Origin: Candidatus Thorarchaeota archaeon
Lineage (GTDB): Archaea; Asgardarchaeota; Thorarchaeia; Thorarchaeales; Thorarchaeaceae
Length of the DNA stretch: 64,000 nt
NCBI GenBank assembly: GCA_016839275.1
Contig: JAEOUM010000117.1
Span: forward strand, 63,861-127,860
Reading direction: 5' to 3'
The notes beneath the pieces were generated by a model. The model did not search any database, was not told the DNA's origin, and saw only the letters and a list, made by a program, of their open reading frames with translations. Of this stretch, positions 38,291-48,066 are shown piece by piece. Both the position numbers and the translations under genes were made by a program. Position 1 is the first letter of the stretch. Each line of letters opens with the position of its first letter.

Positions 38291-39490
38291 ATGATTGACT
38301 TCAATCTATCCGAGGAACAGCAGGAGCTTAGGAACAAGGCGCGAGTATTTGCACAGGAGTATATGATTCCCTATGCTCACTACTACGATAAGACTGGAGA
38401 ATTTCCACGTCCAATAATCAAAAAGTGTTGGGAAGAAGGACTCATGAACCTCTCAATTCCGAAGGAGTACGGAGGGCCGGGTCTAGGTTCCATTGAACAA
38501 TGTATCACTGTAGAAGAAATGGCCGCTGGTTGTGCAGGAATGACGACGAGCATCTATGTGAACTCTCTCGGCGCTGAACCAATTCTGGTGGCTGGAACCC
38601 CTGAACAAAAGGAGAAGTATCTTCGACCACTTACAGAAGATTTGAAGTTCATCAGTTTCGCCTGTTCCGAGCCGGGAATGGGATCCGATGTTGCTGGTAT
38701 CCAGACACGGGTCAAGCGGGAGGGTGACTATTATGTCCTTAATGGGTCCAAGTTCTGGATAACCAATGCTCCACACGCAGATACATTCACTGTTTTTGCA
38801 AGTCTTGATCCAAGCAAGCGACACAAAGCGCTCTGTGCATTCATTGTTGATGCTGACACTCCTGGGGTGAGGACAGGTCGGCCAGTAGAGAAGATGGGAC
38901 ATAAAGCCTCCACAACATCAGCAGTGATGTTTAGAGATGCCAAGGTCCCTATCGAGAACATGCTGGGCACTGAAGGAGAAGGTTTCAAGATAGCAATGAA
39001 GACATTTGCAATGACACGTCCATCGATTGCTGCATTTGCTACGGGTCTCGCCAGAGCTGCTATGGAATTTGCTCGTGATTATACCACTAAAAGAGCGGTT
39101 TTTGGCGAAAAACTCAACAATTTCGAAGTCATTCAGTTCAAACTAGCAGACATGTACATGAAAATAGAAGCTGCCAGATTGATGTATCTAAAGGCTGCAT
39201 GGACTGCTGACTTTGTCGGTGACTCCACAATTCCAGCAAGTGCTGCCAAAGCCTTCGCTACTGATGTGGCCATGGAGGTTGCTAGTGAGGCTGTTCAAAT
39301 CCACGGCGGTTATGGGTACATCGATCAATATCCTGTTGAGAAATTGTTCAGAGATGCTAAGCTATACCAGATCTATGAAGGAACAAGCGAGGTTCAGCGG
39401 CTGATACTCGCGCGATATGTATTCTCAGGATATGAACCTGCAATGAGTAAGATACCAAGATGGTACAACAACGAGCCACCTGATTTCTAA
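38291..39490 (+). CDS. Acyl-CoA dehydrogenase (short/medium-chain type)
   Basis: ACAD family signatures, including the C-terminal [18 protein letters not shown] motif. Confidence 0.85.
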   Translation: MIDFNLSEEQQELRNKARVFAQEYMIPYAHYYDKTGEFPRPIIKKCWEEGLMNLSIPKEYGGPGLGSIEQCITVEEMAAGCAGMTTSIYVNSLGAEPILVAGTPEQKEKYLRPLTEDLKFISFACSEPGMGSDVAGIQTRVKREGDYYVLNGSKFWITNAPHADTFTVFASLDPSKRHKALCAFIVDADTPGVRTGRPVEKMGHKASTTSAVMFRDAKVPIENMLGTEGEGFKIAMKTFAMTRPSIAAFATGLARAAMEFARDYTTKRAVFGEKLNNFEVIQFKLADMYMKIEAARLMYLKAAWTADFVGDSTIPASAAKAFATDVAMEVASEAVQIHGGYGYIDQYPVEKLFRDAKLYQIYEGTSEVQRLILARYVFSGYEPAMSKIPRWYNNEPPDF

Positions 39491-39559
39491 TCGGGTCCAC
39501 ACAGAATATGGTTTAATGGGGGGCCAACAACATCTGCCGGGCTCTCAAATAGCAGCAAG

Positions 39560-40603
39560 GTGATTCTGATGCGTTTCGTTGATGGACTAAAGATACTTCT
39601 CACAAATTCATGGTATAACTTTGCATTCATTCTTTCATTGATTGCAACAACTATCATCTCAGTATGGATAGCAGTTGATCCAAACTCGCTCATTTCCATT
39701 ACTGATCCAATACTAGGTTTCGCAATCTCAATCACTGTGTCTTTCCAGTATTTTGTGATTGCTTTGGTCATTTTTTCCTTGATTCCAGTTGGACGCAAGC
39801 TTTTCTTTAGTGATGGAAAAAAGAGCTTAGGTTATCAATTAGCTCTCTGCATCATATTCATTCTAATCTTCATGATTTTAGGGCCCATTACAGCTCTGGC
39901 GGGTCCATTTGTCGGAGTTCCTCTCACTTTTGGCGATGCGTTGATTACGTCTTACTTTGCTGTACTGCTTGGTTGGAACATCGGAAAATCTATATCCGCT
40001 AAACTTGGCGAAAAGAAGACGCTCCATTGGGTTTTCTTTGTACTGTTCTGGATAATCGATTTCATGATTTTTGGGGCTATTGTTATTTTTCTCAATCTCT
40101 TCTCATTACCTTTCGAACAACAGATTGTGATGCTTGTATTTCCACTAGGAATTGCGATATTACCAATCCTTACAGTCCTATTCCGTAATAATGAGAAAGG
40201 TCCGAACCAAACTACACTCTTGACATTCATCATCTTCATCTATGGTATATACTATACATACCGTTTGGTGTCCATAACTGAGCCACAATGGGCAATATCT
40301 GATGTAGTCCTACAACTAGCATTGCTTATCTATGGTCTCTCTACAACCATCTCAAAAATTCACGACTCGGTTGGCGAAACACCGACAATTGCTGTGACAG
40401 TGGTCCTCCTTATCATCCTAAGTCGAGTTGGTTCACAGGTAAGTCGTCTTCTTGCAGCGTCCATTGGTTTAGGTCCAATTGTGCAAGTGGGCATCACAAG
40501 CTTCACAATTTTCCTCTTAGCTATACTAGGACTTATCGTACCTGTATATTGGATGTGGCAACGCAAGAAGAATCCAGAACAGGTATTAAGTCTCGACGTA
40601 TAA
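39560..40603 (+). CDS. Polytopic integral membrane protein (9 or more TM)
   Basis: Continuous hydrophobic helices; function unknown. Confidence 0.5.
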   Translation: MILMRFVDGLKILLTNSWYNFAFILSLIATTIISVWIAVDPNSLISITDPILGFAISITVSFQYFVIALVIFSLIPVGRKLFFSDGKKSLGYQLALCIIFILIFMILGPITALAGPFVGVPLTFGDALITSYFAVLLGWNIGKSISAKLGEKKTLHWVFFVLFWIIDFMIFGAIVIFLNLFSLPFEQQIVMLVFPLGIAILPILTVLFRNNEKGPNQTTLLTFIIFIYGIYYTYRLVSITEPQWAISDVVLQLALLIYGLSTTISKIHDSVGETPTIAVTVVLLIILSRVGSQVSRLLAASIGLGPIVQVGITSFTIFLLAILGLIVPVYWMWQRKKNPEQVLSLDV

Positions 40604-40675
40604 TCTATACGTGGCGTAGTTCTGAACCTTCAAATTGTGATGGTCATTGCATCACAAGTCTGTGGTGATTAGAAG

Positions 40676-41491
40676 ATGCCAGAGCTACCAGATATCTATA
40701 TCCTTGCAAAGAGCATGAATGAAGCTCTGAAGGACAAAGTGATTGTAGGCGCCCATGTGAATCAACCAAAGTGTCTGAACATATCTGCTAAGAAATTCAA
40801 GGACTCTATCAAAGGGCGTCGTATTGAAGATGTCAATCAACGTGGCAAATGGGTCATTGTCAGTCTAGATAGTGATTATACTCTTGTTCTTAATCTTGGA
40901 ATGGGCGGTGAAGTTCGCTTACACAATCAAAATGAAAAACCAAATCCCGAACGAGAACGAATAGTACTGAATTTAAATACAGGCGAACAGGTGTGGATAC
41001 ACCACTGGTGGTTTGGCCACGTACATCTCTTCAACTCAAAGGATATTACAAAACACAAGCAAATCTCAAAACTTGGTCCAGAACCCCTCAGTGATAGTTT
41101 TACAGTAGAGAAATTCACTGAACTGCTGAAAGGCAAGAGAGGTCGTATCAAGAGCTACCTTCTAGATCAGAGCTTCATCGCTGGTATTGGTAACGTCTAC
41201 ATTCAAGATACACTCTGGTATGCAAGAATTCATCCAAATCGTAGAGCAAATACACTCACTGACAAGGAAATCAAGAGTCTCTATGATGCAATTCAACGTG
41301 TCCTAAAACAGGGAATTCGGTATGGTGGTGGCCCTGGGGAACAGGACATCTGGGGTAATCAAGGCACATATTCGAAGCATCTCCAAGTCGGTTATCGTAC
41401 AGGAAAACCATGCCCAAGATGTAAAACAACTATCGAAGAATTACGCGTTGGTTCAACAACCAGTTATATCTGTTCGAAATGTCAAGTATAG
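40676..41491 (+). CDS. fpg: Formamidopyrimidine/endonuclease VIII-like DNA glycosylase (Fpg/Nei)
   Basis: N-terminal MPELPDI (catalytic Pro2/Glu3); H2TH LLDQSFIAGIGNVYIQDTLWYARIHP; C-terminal zinc finger CPRCKT...CSKCQ. Confidence 0.8.
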   Translation: MPELPDIYILAKSMNEALKDKVIVGAHVNQPKCLNISAKKFKDSIKGRRIEDVNQRGKWVIVSLDSDYTLVLNLGMGGEVRLHNQNEKPNPERERIVLNLNTGEQVWIHHWWFGHVHLFNSKDITKHKQISKLGPEPLSDSFTVEKFTELLKGKRGRIKSYLLDQSFIAGIGNVYIQDTLWYARIHPNRRANTLTDKEIKSLYDAIQRVLKQGIRYGGGPGEQDIWGNQGTYSKHLQVGYRTGKPCPRCKTTIEELRVGSTTSYICSKCQV

Positions 41492-41502
41492 CCTGAGATA
41501 CA

Positions 41503-41871
41503 ATGCTAATCCGAAGATTATACGAACGTGAGGTCATTACTGCGTTAGATGATACAAAGGTACGTGAGCTCCTGAATCCTGAACATGACCTACAAGGCCT
41601 AGTACTGAACTACAGTCTTGCTCATGCTATGTTAAAACCCGGTGAGAAATCACTTCCACACAGATTCCATGAAGCTTCAGAGGTATACTACATCATGAAA
41701 GGACATGGCATAATGCACATCGATGATGAAACTGCAGAGGTTTATCCTGGAGATATGATTTACATTCCACCACATGCAGTTCAATGGATAGAGAGTCAAG
41801 GTGAAGAGGATTTAGAATTTCTCTGTATTGTTGATCCCGCATGGAAACCGGATGCAGAAGAGCTTGTATAG
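41503..41871 (+). CDS. Cupin-domain protein
   Basis: Cupin motifs H..HEASEVYYIMKGHG and PGDMIYIPPHAVQ. Confidence 0.55.
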   Translation: MLIRRLYEREVITALDDTKVRELLNPEHDLQGLVLNYSLAHAMLKPGEKSLPHRFHEASEVYYIMKGHGIMHIDDETAEVYPGDMIYIPPHAVQWIESQGEEDLEFLCIVDPAWKPDAEELV

Positions 41872-41880
41872 TCAATGAAT

Positions 41881-42330
41881 TTAGACCAAACCGCTTTGAG
41901 AACGGGATTTGAGCATCTTAACGATGCGTTTCGACAGGAAATCCCGTATAACGAAGTCCGAGAAATCGAGCCTATCGAAATATATGCGGAGACTCTTGAT
42001 TTTATAGTTCTCATATACTAAGACTTCAGATTGTTTCGATTTCACTACCTTCCCATTTGGTAAAGTACTTGTGACTATGAACTCCTCGAAGAAGACCCCC
42101 TCATTCACCATTATCACTACAGGTGTGAATTTTATTACTGGTATACTATTGAAGAGCCAATTTGCCCACCTTCGAACTCCCTCTTTCCCAGATAATGTGA
42201 CTCCCATCAGCTCAATCTCACAGTCTTCAGTAAAGGCATCAATTATAGCGTCAACATCTCTGGCTTCGATTGCATTGTCGAACTCCATTGCAACCTCTCT
42301 AATTCTCTCATCATCTTGAAACTGCTTCAT
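41881..42330 (-). CDS. SnoaL/NTF2-like fold protein
   Basis: 149 aa with an alpha+beta cone-like pattern. Confidence 0.3.
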   Translation of the reverse strand: MKQFQDDERIREVAMEFDNAIEARDVDAIIDAFTEDCEIELMGVTLSGKEGVRRWANWLFNSIPVIKFTPVVIMVNEGVFFEEFIVTSTLPNGKVVKSKQSEVLVYENYKIKSLRIYFDRLDFSDFVIRDFLSKRIVKMLKSRSQSGLV

Positions 42331-42405
42331 AGTGTTTTCGCCTTTATTGATATTATAGCGATAGTTTATACGATTTTAGAACTAGCAAACCCATCTGGTC
42401 TATGA

Positions 42406-43098
42406 TTAGCCATTCAAAAGAAACCCTCTCTTCACGGACTCATCAATCAGGGCTTCAGCAAATCTCCATAATTCGGATGATCCATCAGCAATGTGGTGAT
42501 TCCGTTCGATAACCTGACTCCTTTTTACCCCATGCTTCCTCCAAGCATATCCTTCTGAATAGAAATTGAGCAATAGTGGCTGTAATCTATCTACTGCAGC
42601 AGCAAATTTCGCTTCGGGTGTGTTCATGGTTTCAAACTCCTCCCAGAGATCAATATATTCTTGTGCTTGCTGTTCTGGGAGCAAACAGAATATTCGATGA
42701 GCCGCCTCTCTTTCTCTCTCGGTCTTTTCCTGTTTGTCATGCTTGCTATAGCAGAAGGTATCTCCTGCATCAATCTCTATGATGTCATGAATTAACGTCA
42801 TCTTTACAGTTCTAAGGAGGTCTATTGAGGAATCATTGGAATACTCAGAAAGTACAACGACCAACATTGCAAGATGCCAAGAATGCTCCGCATCATTTTC
42901 CTGTCGTTGGTCTTTGACTAACACAGTCTGGCGAAGAATCTGCTTCAAGTTGTCTATCTCTTTTAAGAACGATATCTGTTGCCGTAGTCTTTCACTTGTA
43001 AACAATATCTGACTCATCCCTTGAATCAATCTAAATAACTGAGGATGTGAACTCCCTAAAACAATACCCCTCTTAGAACTGAAAGCGACCAACATCAA
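42406..43098 (-). CDS. HD-domain phosphohydrolase (YfbR-like 5'-deoxynucleotidase)
   Basis: NDAEHSWHLAMLV...HDIIEIDAGD HD-domain metal ligands. Confidence 0.6.
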   Translation of the reverse strand: MMLVAFSSKRGIVLGSSHPQLFRLIQGMSQILFTSERLRQQISFLKEIDNLKQILRQTVLVKDQRQENDAEHSWHLAMLVVVLSEYSNDSSIDLLRTVKMTLIHDIIEIDAGDTFCYSKHDKQEKTEREREAAHRIFCLLPEQQAQEYIDLWEEFETMNTPEAKFAAAVDRLQPLLLNFYSEGYAWRKHGVKRSQVIERNHHIADGSSELWRFAEALIDESVKRGFLLNG

Positions 43099-43157
43099 AG
43101 ATTATATGCCCCTTAACAACTTGCGAGAAAACATCGGAACAGGTTGGTCCAAATTAA

Positions 43158-43568
43158 ATGCCCCCGAAAGATATGAACATCATCGTCTATGGATGTATGC
43201 AATGCATGTACGCCGCATCCGATCTCGCAGGCACAATGAAGTTGCAATATGATGCAACAAGTAGGATTATCAGAATGCCGTGCACTGCGAGGCTGGACAT
43301 CAATTTTCTTCTTAAGGCACTGCAAGAAGGGGCGGACGGAGTGCTGGTTGTGGGATGTCATCCAGGAGACTGCGCCTTCAAGACCGGGAATCTGGGAGCA
43401 GAGAGACGCGTTCGCTTTACGAAGAAACTGATTGAGCAGTTAGGTCTCGATGAGCGCCGCATCAAGATGGTATTCGTGAGTGCGGCTGAAGGTGACAAGT
43501 TCGCAGCTGAGGTCAATAAGTTCGCTGAGGAGATAAGAGCAATCGGACCGAATCCGATTCGATTGTAA
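43158..43568 (+). CDS. Stand-alone MvhD/FlpD-like iron-sulfur protein
   Basis: CMQC...RMPCTARLD...GADGVLVVGCHPGDC pattern of methyl-viologen-reducing hydrogenase delta subunits. Confidence 0.6.
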   Translation: MPPKDMNIIVYGCMQCMYAASDLAGTMKLQYDATSRIIRMPCTARLDINFLLKALQEGADGVLVVGCHPGDCAFKTGNLGAERRVRFTKKLIEQLGLDERRIKMVFVSAAEGDKFAAEVNKFAEEIRAIGPNPIRL

Positions 43569-43589
43569 TTTGCGTCTGCCTATATCGAA

Positions 43590-44084
43590 TCAATCCAGTC
43601 TTTTCCTCATATGATATGCACTGATTTTAAATCCTGCCTTCTCATAGAGATGCCTTGCTTGGTCTGCCTTAACTGGACAGGTTAGTCCAATCATATCTGC
43701 ACCTGATTGTTTGAAAATCTCAATCAAACTCTCTAAGAGCAGTGTGCCGATTCCTTGTTTTCCATACCTCGGATTGATAACTAGTAACTCAATAGTGGCG
43801 ACCTTCGAAACGCCCCATGTTTCTAAAACTGCTGTAGGAATATCTCTGAAGTATCCAAAGGCAAATCCCATAATATTAGCATCCTCTTCAGCAACAATAA
43901 ATCCCTCAGGAAATGCATGAGTTACCTTGAGATCCTCTTCATTTATTGGTCCATCAAAGAGAGCATAATCATTTGCCAATTGAATGATTGAATCTGTATC
44001 TCGCTTCTCGAATCTCCGTATTTGCAGATTTGTCACCTTGTGGATATGATTGAGGGTATCTATTGAATCTGACGTAATAAACAC
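43590..44084 (-). CDS. GNAT-family N-acetyltransferase
   Basis: Acetyl-CoA binding motif YGKQGIGTLLLESLIE. Confidence 0.6.
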   Translation of the reverse strand: MFITSDSIDTLNHIHKVTNLQIRRFEKRDTDSIIQLANDYALFDGPINEEDLKVTHAFPEGFIVAEEDANIMGFAFGYFRDIPTAVLETWGVSKVATIELLVINPRYGKQGIGTLLLESLIEIFKQSGADMIGLTCPVKADQARHLYEKAGFKISAYHMRKRLD

Positions 44085-44152
44085 GAATCTCGAACGCCGA
44101 AGTCACATAGTAAAGTTATTAACAATAGTTAATTTAATTTCAATGAACAACA

Positions 44153-45037
44153 TTGATCATTTCACCTACTATCATATCACTCCGTGAAGGCGTAGAGGTT
44201 GCCCTACTTCTCGTTATTATGTTCGCATACCTAAAGAAGTCAAATCAACCTGATCTCAAAAAATACGTAATAACTGGAAGTATTTTTGCAATAATTCTAA
44301 GCTTTGGAATTGCAGTAGTTGTTGGCCTGCTCTGGGGTGTGTTTGAGGGTGCATTCTTGAGTATCTTTGAGGGCACAGTTGTCCTTATTGCTGCTATTTT
44401 GCTTACAACAATGATTCTATGGATGTGGAACGCAGGTCCATCTCTTGCGAGAGACATTGAAGAATCAATGGAGCAATCGGCAATCAAACAGAGTGGTATT
44501 GGACTAGCTCTTCTGAGTTTTGCACTTGTTTTGAGAGAAGGTGTGGAATTAGCACTATTCAGCATAGCACTTGTGATACAGGAAGGTGATCAAAGCTATC
44601 TTGGTGTGGCTCTTGGTCTTGGACTTGCTGCTGCGATAGGATTTGGTATCTACAAGGGCTCTCTACGAATTAGCATGAGGTCCCTTTTCAAATGGACATC
44701 TGTATTTCTTATTCTCTTTGCAGCGGGAATGGTTGCATACGGAATACACGAGCTGCAGGAAGCAGGACTTCTATTGATTGGTCCCCTTGAGGTTTGGAAT
44801 ATCAATCCTCCAATATTACCTGATGGAAGCTATCCACTATTTCATGAAAATGGAGCAATAGGCGGACTTGCAAAAGTACTATTCGGATATAATGGAAATC
44901 CTTCTGCCCTAGAAGTCGCCGCATACCTTGTCTACATTGCTGTCGCTGGTCTATATTTCTGGAGCAAGCAGAGAGTCGTAATGGCAAGAGAACAGAACGC
45001 TTCTACAAAAGTCGCTCCTCACGTTAGTTCCCAATAA
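44153..45037 (+). CDS. FTR1/EfeU-family iron permease
   Basis: Two REGVE(V/L)AL motifs in TM helices (LREGVEVALLL; LREGVELALFS). Confidence 0.65.
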   Translation: MIISPTIISLREGVEVALLLVIMFAYLKKSNQPDLKKYVITGSIFAIILSFGIAVVVGLLWGVFEGAFLSIFEGTVVLIAAILLTTMILWMWNAGPSLARDIEESMEQSAIKQSGIGLALLSFALVLREGVELALFSIALVIQEGDQSYLGVALGLGLAAAIGFGIYKGSLRISMRSLFKWTSVFLILFAAGMVAYGIHELQEAGLLLIGPLEVWNINPPILPDGSYPLFHENGAIGGLAKVLFGYNGNPSALEVAAYLVYIAVAGLYFWSKQRVVMAREQNASTKVAPHVSSQ

Positions 45038-45056
45038 AATGCTTTTTTCAATATCT
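45038..45056 (+). terminator. T-rich tract after the permease gene
   Basis: AAAATGCTTTTTTCAAT immediately after the stop; archaeal oligo-T termination signal. Confidence 0.3.
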
Positions 45057-45261
45057 GCCTATTACCATTAGTTCATATGAGACCAGACATTTCATGGCAG
45101 AAGAAAAAGTAAGAATCTGACTCAGCTCATTGTCTTAGAAGACTGAGGGAAAATCCAATTGGATACATAACTGGTACAAATATTATCACTACAGTATCTC
45201 ATTTATTACCAAGTCAGCTGATAACCAGAATCTAGGATATACAAATGAATTAAGGGGCATT

Positions 45262-46086
45262 ATGATAATGGCAAAGAGCCCAAAACAAAGGAATACACTA
45301 AAGGACAGAGTCCGCAGGCTTGTCAAGGATAACCAGTACTGCATCCGTGCATTAGACGAGCTTGAAAATGATGTTGAAGTTCAAACCCTTCTGGAAGATA
45401 GCAATAGAATGGCTATAGATCGTATGGGATACTCGGACCACGGACATACACACTCACTAATCGTCACTCTTAATGGAATCAAATTGATACGTGAGCTTAG
45501 CAATGGTCTTCAACCAACAATCGTCCAGGAAGAAACTGGGGATCTCAATGATGCAGAACTGATAGTCTTTCTTGGCTGCTATCTGCATGATGTAGGTATG
45601 GTAGTAGGCAGAACAAATCATGATGAGTTTTCAGTTGTTCTGACTGTTCCAATCCTTGATAGAATTCTGGGGAAAATATACCCAAAGGATCGTCACAAGC
45701 AGGTCCACATTCGCAATCACGTAATTCATGCTATTTACTGTCATGACAAAGTTGCGCCTCCTTTGACTGTAGAGGCGGGGGTAGTCGGCGTAGCAGATGC
45801 ATTAGATATGACAAAAGGAAGAGCGAGAATCCCATTCGAGGCTGGAAGTGTCAACATTCATTCCGCATCTGCAATGGCAATCGAGGATGTAAAAATCCGG
45901 AAAGGCGAGAACAAAACGGTTCGTATCGATGTAAACATGACCAATGTATCTGGAATTTTTCAAATCCAAGAGCTCTTGGAGAAAAAGATACGTAATGCGA
46001 TATCTCTGATAGATCATATAGAGTTGTATGCTATCATGTCACCAAAAGAGGATGCGATTCTAAAGGAAGAGCTCCGAGTATTATAG
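45262..46086 (+). CDS. HD-domain metal-dependent phosphohydrolase
   Basis: HTHSLIV...LGCYLHDVGM HD motifs. Confidence 0.55.
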   Translation: MIMAKSPKQRNTLKDRVRRLVKDNQYCIRALDELENDVEVQTLLEDSNRMAIDRMGYSDHGHTHSLIVTLNGIKLIRELSNGLQPTIVQEETGDLNDAELIVFLGCYLHDVGMVVGRTNHDEFSVVLTVPILDRILGKIYPKDRHKQVHIRNHVIHAIYCHDKVAPPLTVEAGVVGVADALDMTKGRARIPFEAGSVNIHSASAMAIEDVKIRKGENKTVRIDVNMTNVSGIFQIQELLEKKIRNAISLIDHIELYAIMSPKEDAILKEELRVL

Positions 46087-46199
46087 GTGCTCGTGCAATT
46101 GTTTTAAATGCATTTCCGAGTTCGCACAAATCGGCTAGTATATATGTACGGAATCGAACATTCTGTCATCAGATATTATGCAGGTCAGAGGCGTCGTCT

Positions 46200-46655
46200 A
46201 TGAAACTGGATGAAATAGATTCAAAGGTAATCGCAATGCTTCAGGAAGATGGGAGACAATCATTCAGTGATATCGCAAAGGCCGTCAAGAGAACGGAAGT
46301 CACAATAAGACGTCGAGTGAAACGTCTGAAGGACGAGGGCTACATCAAGCGGTTCACTGTTGTTCTTGACCCCATGAAGATAGGAAAACGGATTCGTGCA
46401 ATAATTCGTGTGAAGACAGCAATGAAGGAGTCGACAATCATCTCTAAGAAATTGAGAGCCTTCAAGGAAGTGGATGAGGCCTATTTTCTAGATGGTGCTT
46501 GTGGAGTCATTATGACTGTTACAGTAGACGATCTTACAGAACTCAGAAGTTTTCTTGAAAAACGGCTTGGTGGAATTCAAGGCATTGGCGATGCGGAAAC
46601 CTGTATCATCCTTGAAGAGATAAAATCAGCATTCTCAGGTCCTGGCGCGGAATGA
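46200..46655 (+). CDS. Lrp/AsnC-family transcriptional regulator
   Basis: N-terminal HTH LDEIDSKVIAMLQEDGRQSFSDIAKAV plus C-terminal RAM domain. Confidence 0.8.
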   Translation: MKLDEIDSKVIAMLQEDGRQSFSDIAKAVKRTEVTIRRRVKRLKDEGYIKRFTVVLDPMKIGKRIRAIIRVKTAMKESTIISKKLRAFKEVDEAYFLDGACGVIMTVTVDDLTELRSFLEKRLGGIQGIGDAETCIILEEIKSAFSGPGAE

Positions 46656-47092
46656 TGCATTATCATCTACATATCTCTAGAAGAGAAGTCGACCGGTTGT
46701 ATGAGCATGCTGAAAAGCAACTTCCCGCGGAGGCAGTTGCACTTCTCTTTGGAACTACATCCGATGTTTCTGTGTATGCAAATCGTGTAGAACTCATGAA
46801 AAACATATCTAGAACTAATCTTACATCCTTCTCTGTCGATCCTGAGGCAGAATATAAACTACTAATAGAAGCAGAGCAACGGGGAGAATCTCTAGTTGGA
46901 ATCTTTCACTCTCATCCTGCACCCCCTAGACCATCGAAGACTGATTTAAAAAACATGCATCTTAACCCTGTCATATGGCTAGTTGCATCTAAAATAACTG
47001 GCAACTGGGTCATCATGGGATACATATTGGATGAAGATGATGTTAAAGAAATCCTCATTCATGTCGCGGAACTTGATGATTCAATCCCTTGA
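46652..47092 (+). CDS. JAMM/MPN metalloprotease
   Basis: JAMM motif E...GIFHSHPAPPRPSKTD; overlaps the lrp stop by 4 nt. Confidence 0.7.
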   Translation: MMHYHLHISRREVDRLYEHAEKQLPAEAVALLFGTTSDVSVYANRVELMKNISRTNLTSFSVDPEAEYKLLIEAEQRGESLVGIFHSHPAPPRPSKTDLKNMHLNPVIWLVASKITGNWVIMGYILDEDDVKEILIHVAELDDSIP

Positions 47093-47408
47093 TAGTTCCA
47101 GATGTTCTTTTTGGCTCGAAAGAAACTAAGGTCTGTTCAATTGCGTTTATTACGACTGCTGCTGTTATGACCTGCTGCAGAGCTGACCCACTGCATTGAA
47201 GAACGCCAACTCCTGAACTTTCATCGAAATCAAGAAGATACAGTTTTGAGTCTGCTGCATTAATCTCGCCATAGAGCGAGAGTAGACTTTTCCATAACGC
47301 CAAGCCAAGATGCTTTCCATTGACGGGTTGTCCTTCCCTGTGAAGATGAAAGAGCAAGTATCGGCGTCTACTCCTTTTCATGGACTCTCCCTCTCTGAAC
47401 AATCTCAA
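47055..47408 (-). CDS. rnp2: RNase P protein component 2 (Pop5)
   Basis: RYLLFHL...LDFDESSGVGVLQC pattern of Pop5; sits next to Rpp30. Confidence 0.65.
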   Translation of the reverse strand: MRLFREGESMKRSRRRYLLFHLHREGQPVNGKHLGLALWKSLLSLYGEINAADSKLYLLDFDESSGVGVLQCSGSALQQVITAAVVINAIEQTLVSFEPKRTSGTIKGLNHQVPRHE

Positions 47409-48066
47409 CTCCCGAGCTTACGAACTCCGTACTCAGTTTCTTCAGATTTCTCTCAATGATATATATAGGCAACTCATGAACAGCTCTTTCAACCAGAGGT
47501 CTATCAATTCCTAATAGCATTCCAATATGCATCATTGCTAAGGGCGACCGTAAACCCATTGGATGAGTTGCTCCACTTGAAAGGACAACACCCATTCCTG
47601 CACCAACAGCTGTCATTACAGCCTCACGATATGCCTTCAAAATCTTTGATCTATATAATCCCGAGGAGTTCAGAAGTGGCGCTATTTGAATCTCAAGAGC
47701 TGTCGCTGAATTTGAAGCGATAGATGCAGTGGTTTCACGAAGCTTGTAATCTTTAGAAGGATCAAGTGTTAGAAAATCAACTCTCTTGTCTTCTACTACC
47801 CAATTAGTCATATCAATCGAGCCTAGTTGAACAGCAACGATAATGGTATTTTTTCTGACTCTTTCAATCTGTTTTCTCAGGGAGTTAATCCCTTTCCCTG
47901 TGATATTGACCCTTCTATAAACCGTAATTTCCTCTGCGAGCTGTCTGAAAGGCTGGTCCATTAATCCTGTGATAGCAATTCCTTTGAAGCCGATTTGATG
48001 GGCTATATTACCAAACGAACTAATCTTCTCCATGTCTGGAACATAAACACCAACATCAACTGTCAT
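47368..48066 (-). CDS. rnp3: RNase P protein component 3 (Rpp30, TIM barrel)
   Basis: 232 aa; conserved archaeal order L15e-x-rnp3-rnp2; PHP/TIM-like sequence pattern. Confidence 0.6.
   Translation of the reverse strand: MTVDVGVYVPDMEKISSFGNIAHQIGFKGIAITGLMDQPFRQLAEEITVYRRVNITGKGINSLRKQIERVRKNTIIVAVQLGSIDMTNWVVEDKRVDFLTLDPSKDYKLRETTASIASNSATALEIQIAPLLNSSGLYRSKILKAYREAVMTAVGAGMGVVLSSGATHPMGLRSPLAMMHIGMLLGIDRPLVERAVHELPIYIIERNLKKLSTEFVSSGVEIVQRGRVHEKE

Noticed and set aside
39487-39798. 103-aa minus-strand ORF
   Set aside because: Lies fully antisense to the start of the well-formed polytopic membrane protein gene (39560..40603) and overlaps the ACAD stop. No motif or RBS is present, so it is likely spurious.
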